24,811 nt of DNA, from the IMG/VR virus record IMGVR_UViG_3300027769_000124, positions 1 through 24,811 of that record; one strand, written 5' to 3'. The first letter of the stretch is position 1, and every line of letters begins with the position of its first letter. Below the pieces are notes generated by a model, which was not told the origin of the DNA, did not search any database, and worked only from the letters and a program-made list of their open reading frames with translations. The stretch is from a virus (taxonomy: Duplodnaviria > Caudoviricetes). Below, piece after piece: positions 24,764 through 24,811 of the stretch. Position numbers and translations under genes: made by a program.

Positions 24764-24811
24764 AGACAATTATTTCCAGTGGCCAATTCTGATCCTACCT
24801 CTCGGTTTGGG
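24759..24811 (+). CDS. 5' fragment of a small, probably membrane protein (truncated by window)
   Basis: GTGA-coupled start after AAGGAGG; MRDNYFQWPILILPLGL... Confidence 0.45.
   Translation, partial: MRDNYFQWPILILPLGL

Noticed and set aside
1-24811. Alternative genetic code / stop reassignment
   Set aside because: Standard code gives intact, densely tiled genes ending in TAA, TGA and TAG

Overview
A 24.8 kb piece of a tailed dsDNA phage (siphovirus-like, lambda-type head module) with all credible genes on the + strand. Gene order: packaging (terS, an inserted PD-(D/E)XK nuclease, GpA-type terL), head (adaptor, lambda-family portal, ClpP protease fused to a capsid-like region), a fibre block placed unusually between capsid and neck genes, a miniature holin/holin/spanin cassette without an endolysin, neck/tail genes with a very short tape measure, tail-tip genes including a tandem paralog pair and an 898-aa protein, then a recombination operon (small basic KGGRP protein, Bet/RecT, Cas4-like DUF2800 nuclease, MazG-like pyrophosphatase, SSB-like, RusA), a structured intergenic region and small accessory genes (lysozyme-like, RHH, modular coiled-coil ORFs). 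Best leads: (1) two matching promoter/operator units with the palindrome AACCCAnCGnTGGGTT, one directly ahead of the candidate regulator; (2) an in-frame lambda-type GGGAAAG slippery site in the tail chaperone whose -1 product would be the SHORT form; (3) a multi-stem candidate ncRNA after rusA; (4) a shared LLxExGxxLxQE peptide in a small post-capsid protein and inside the neck protein, suggesting a peptide-docking system for head/neck fibres. All calls are by motif recognition and synteny only; no database searches were run.
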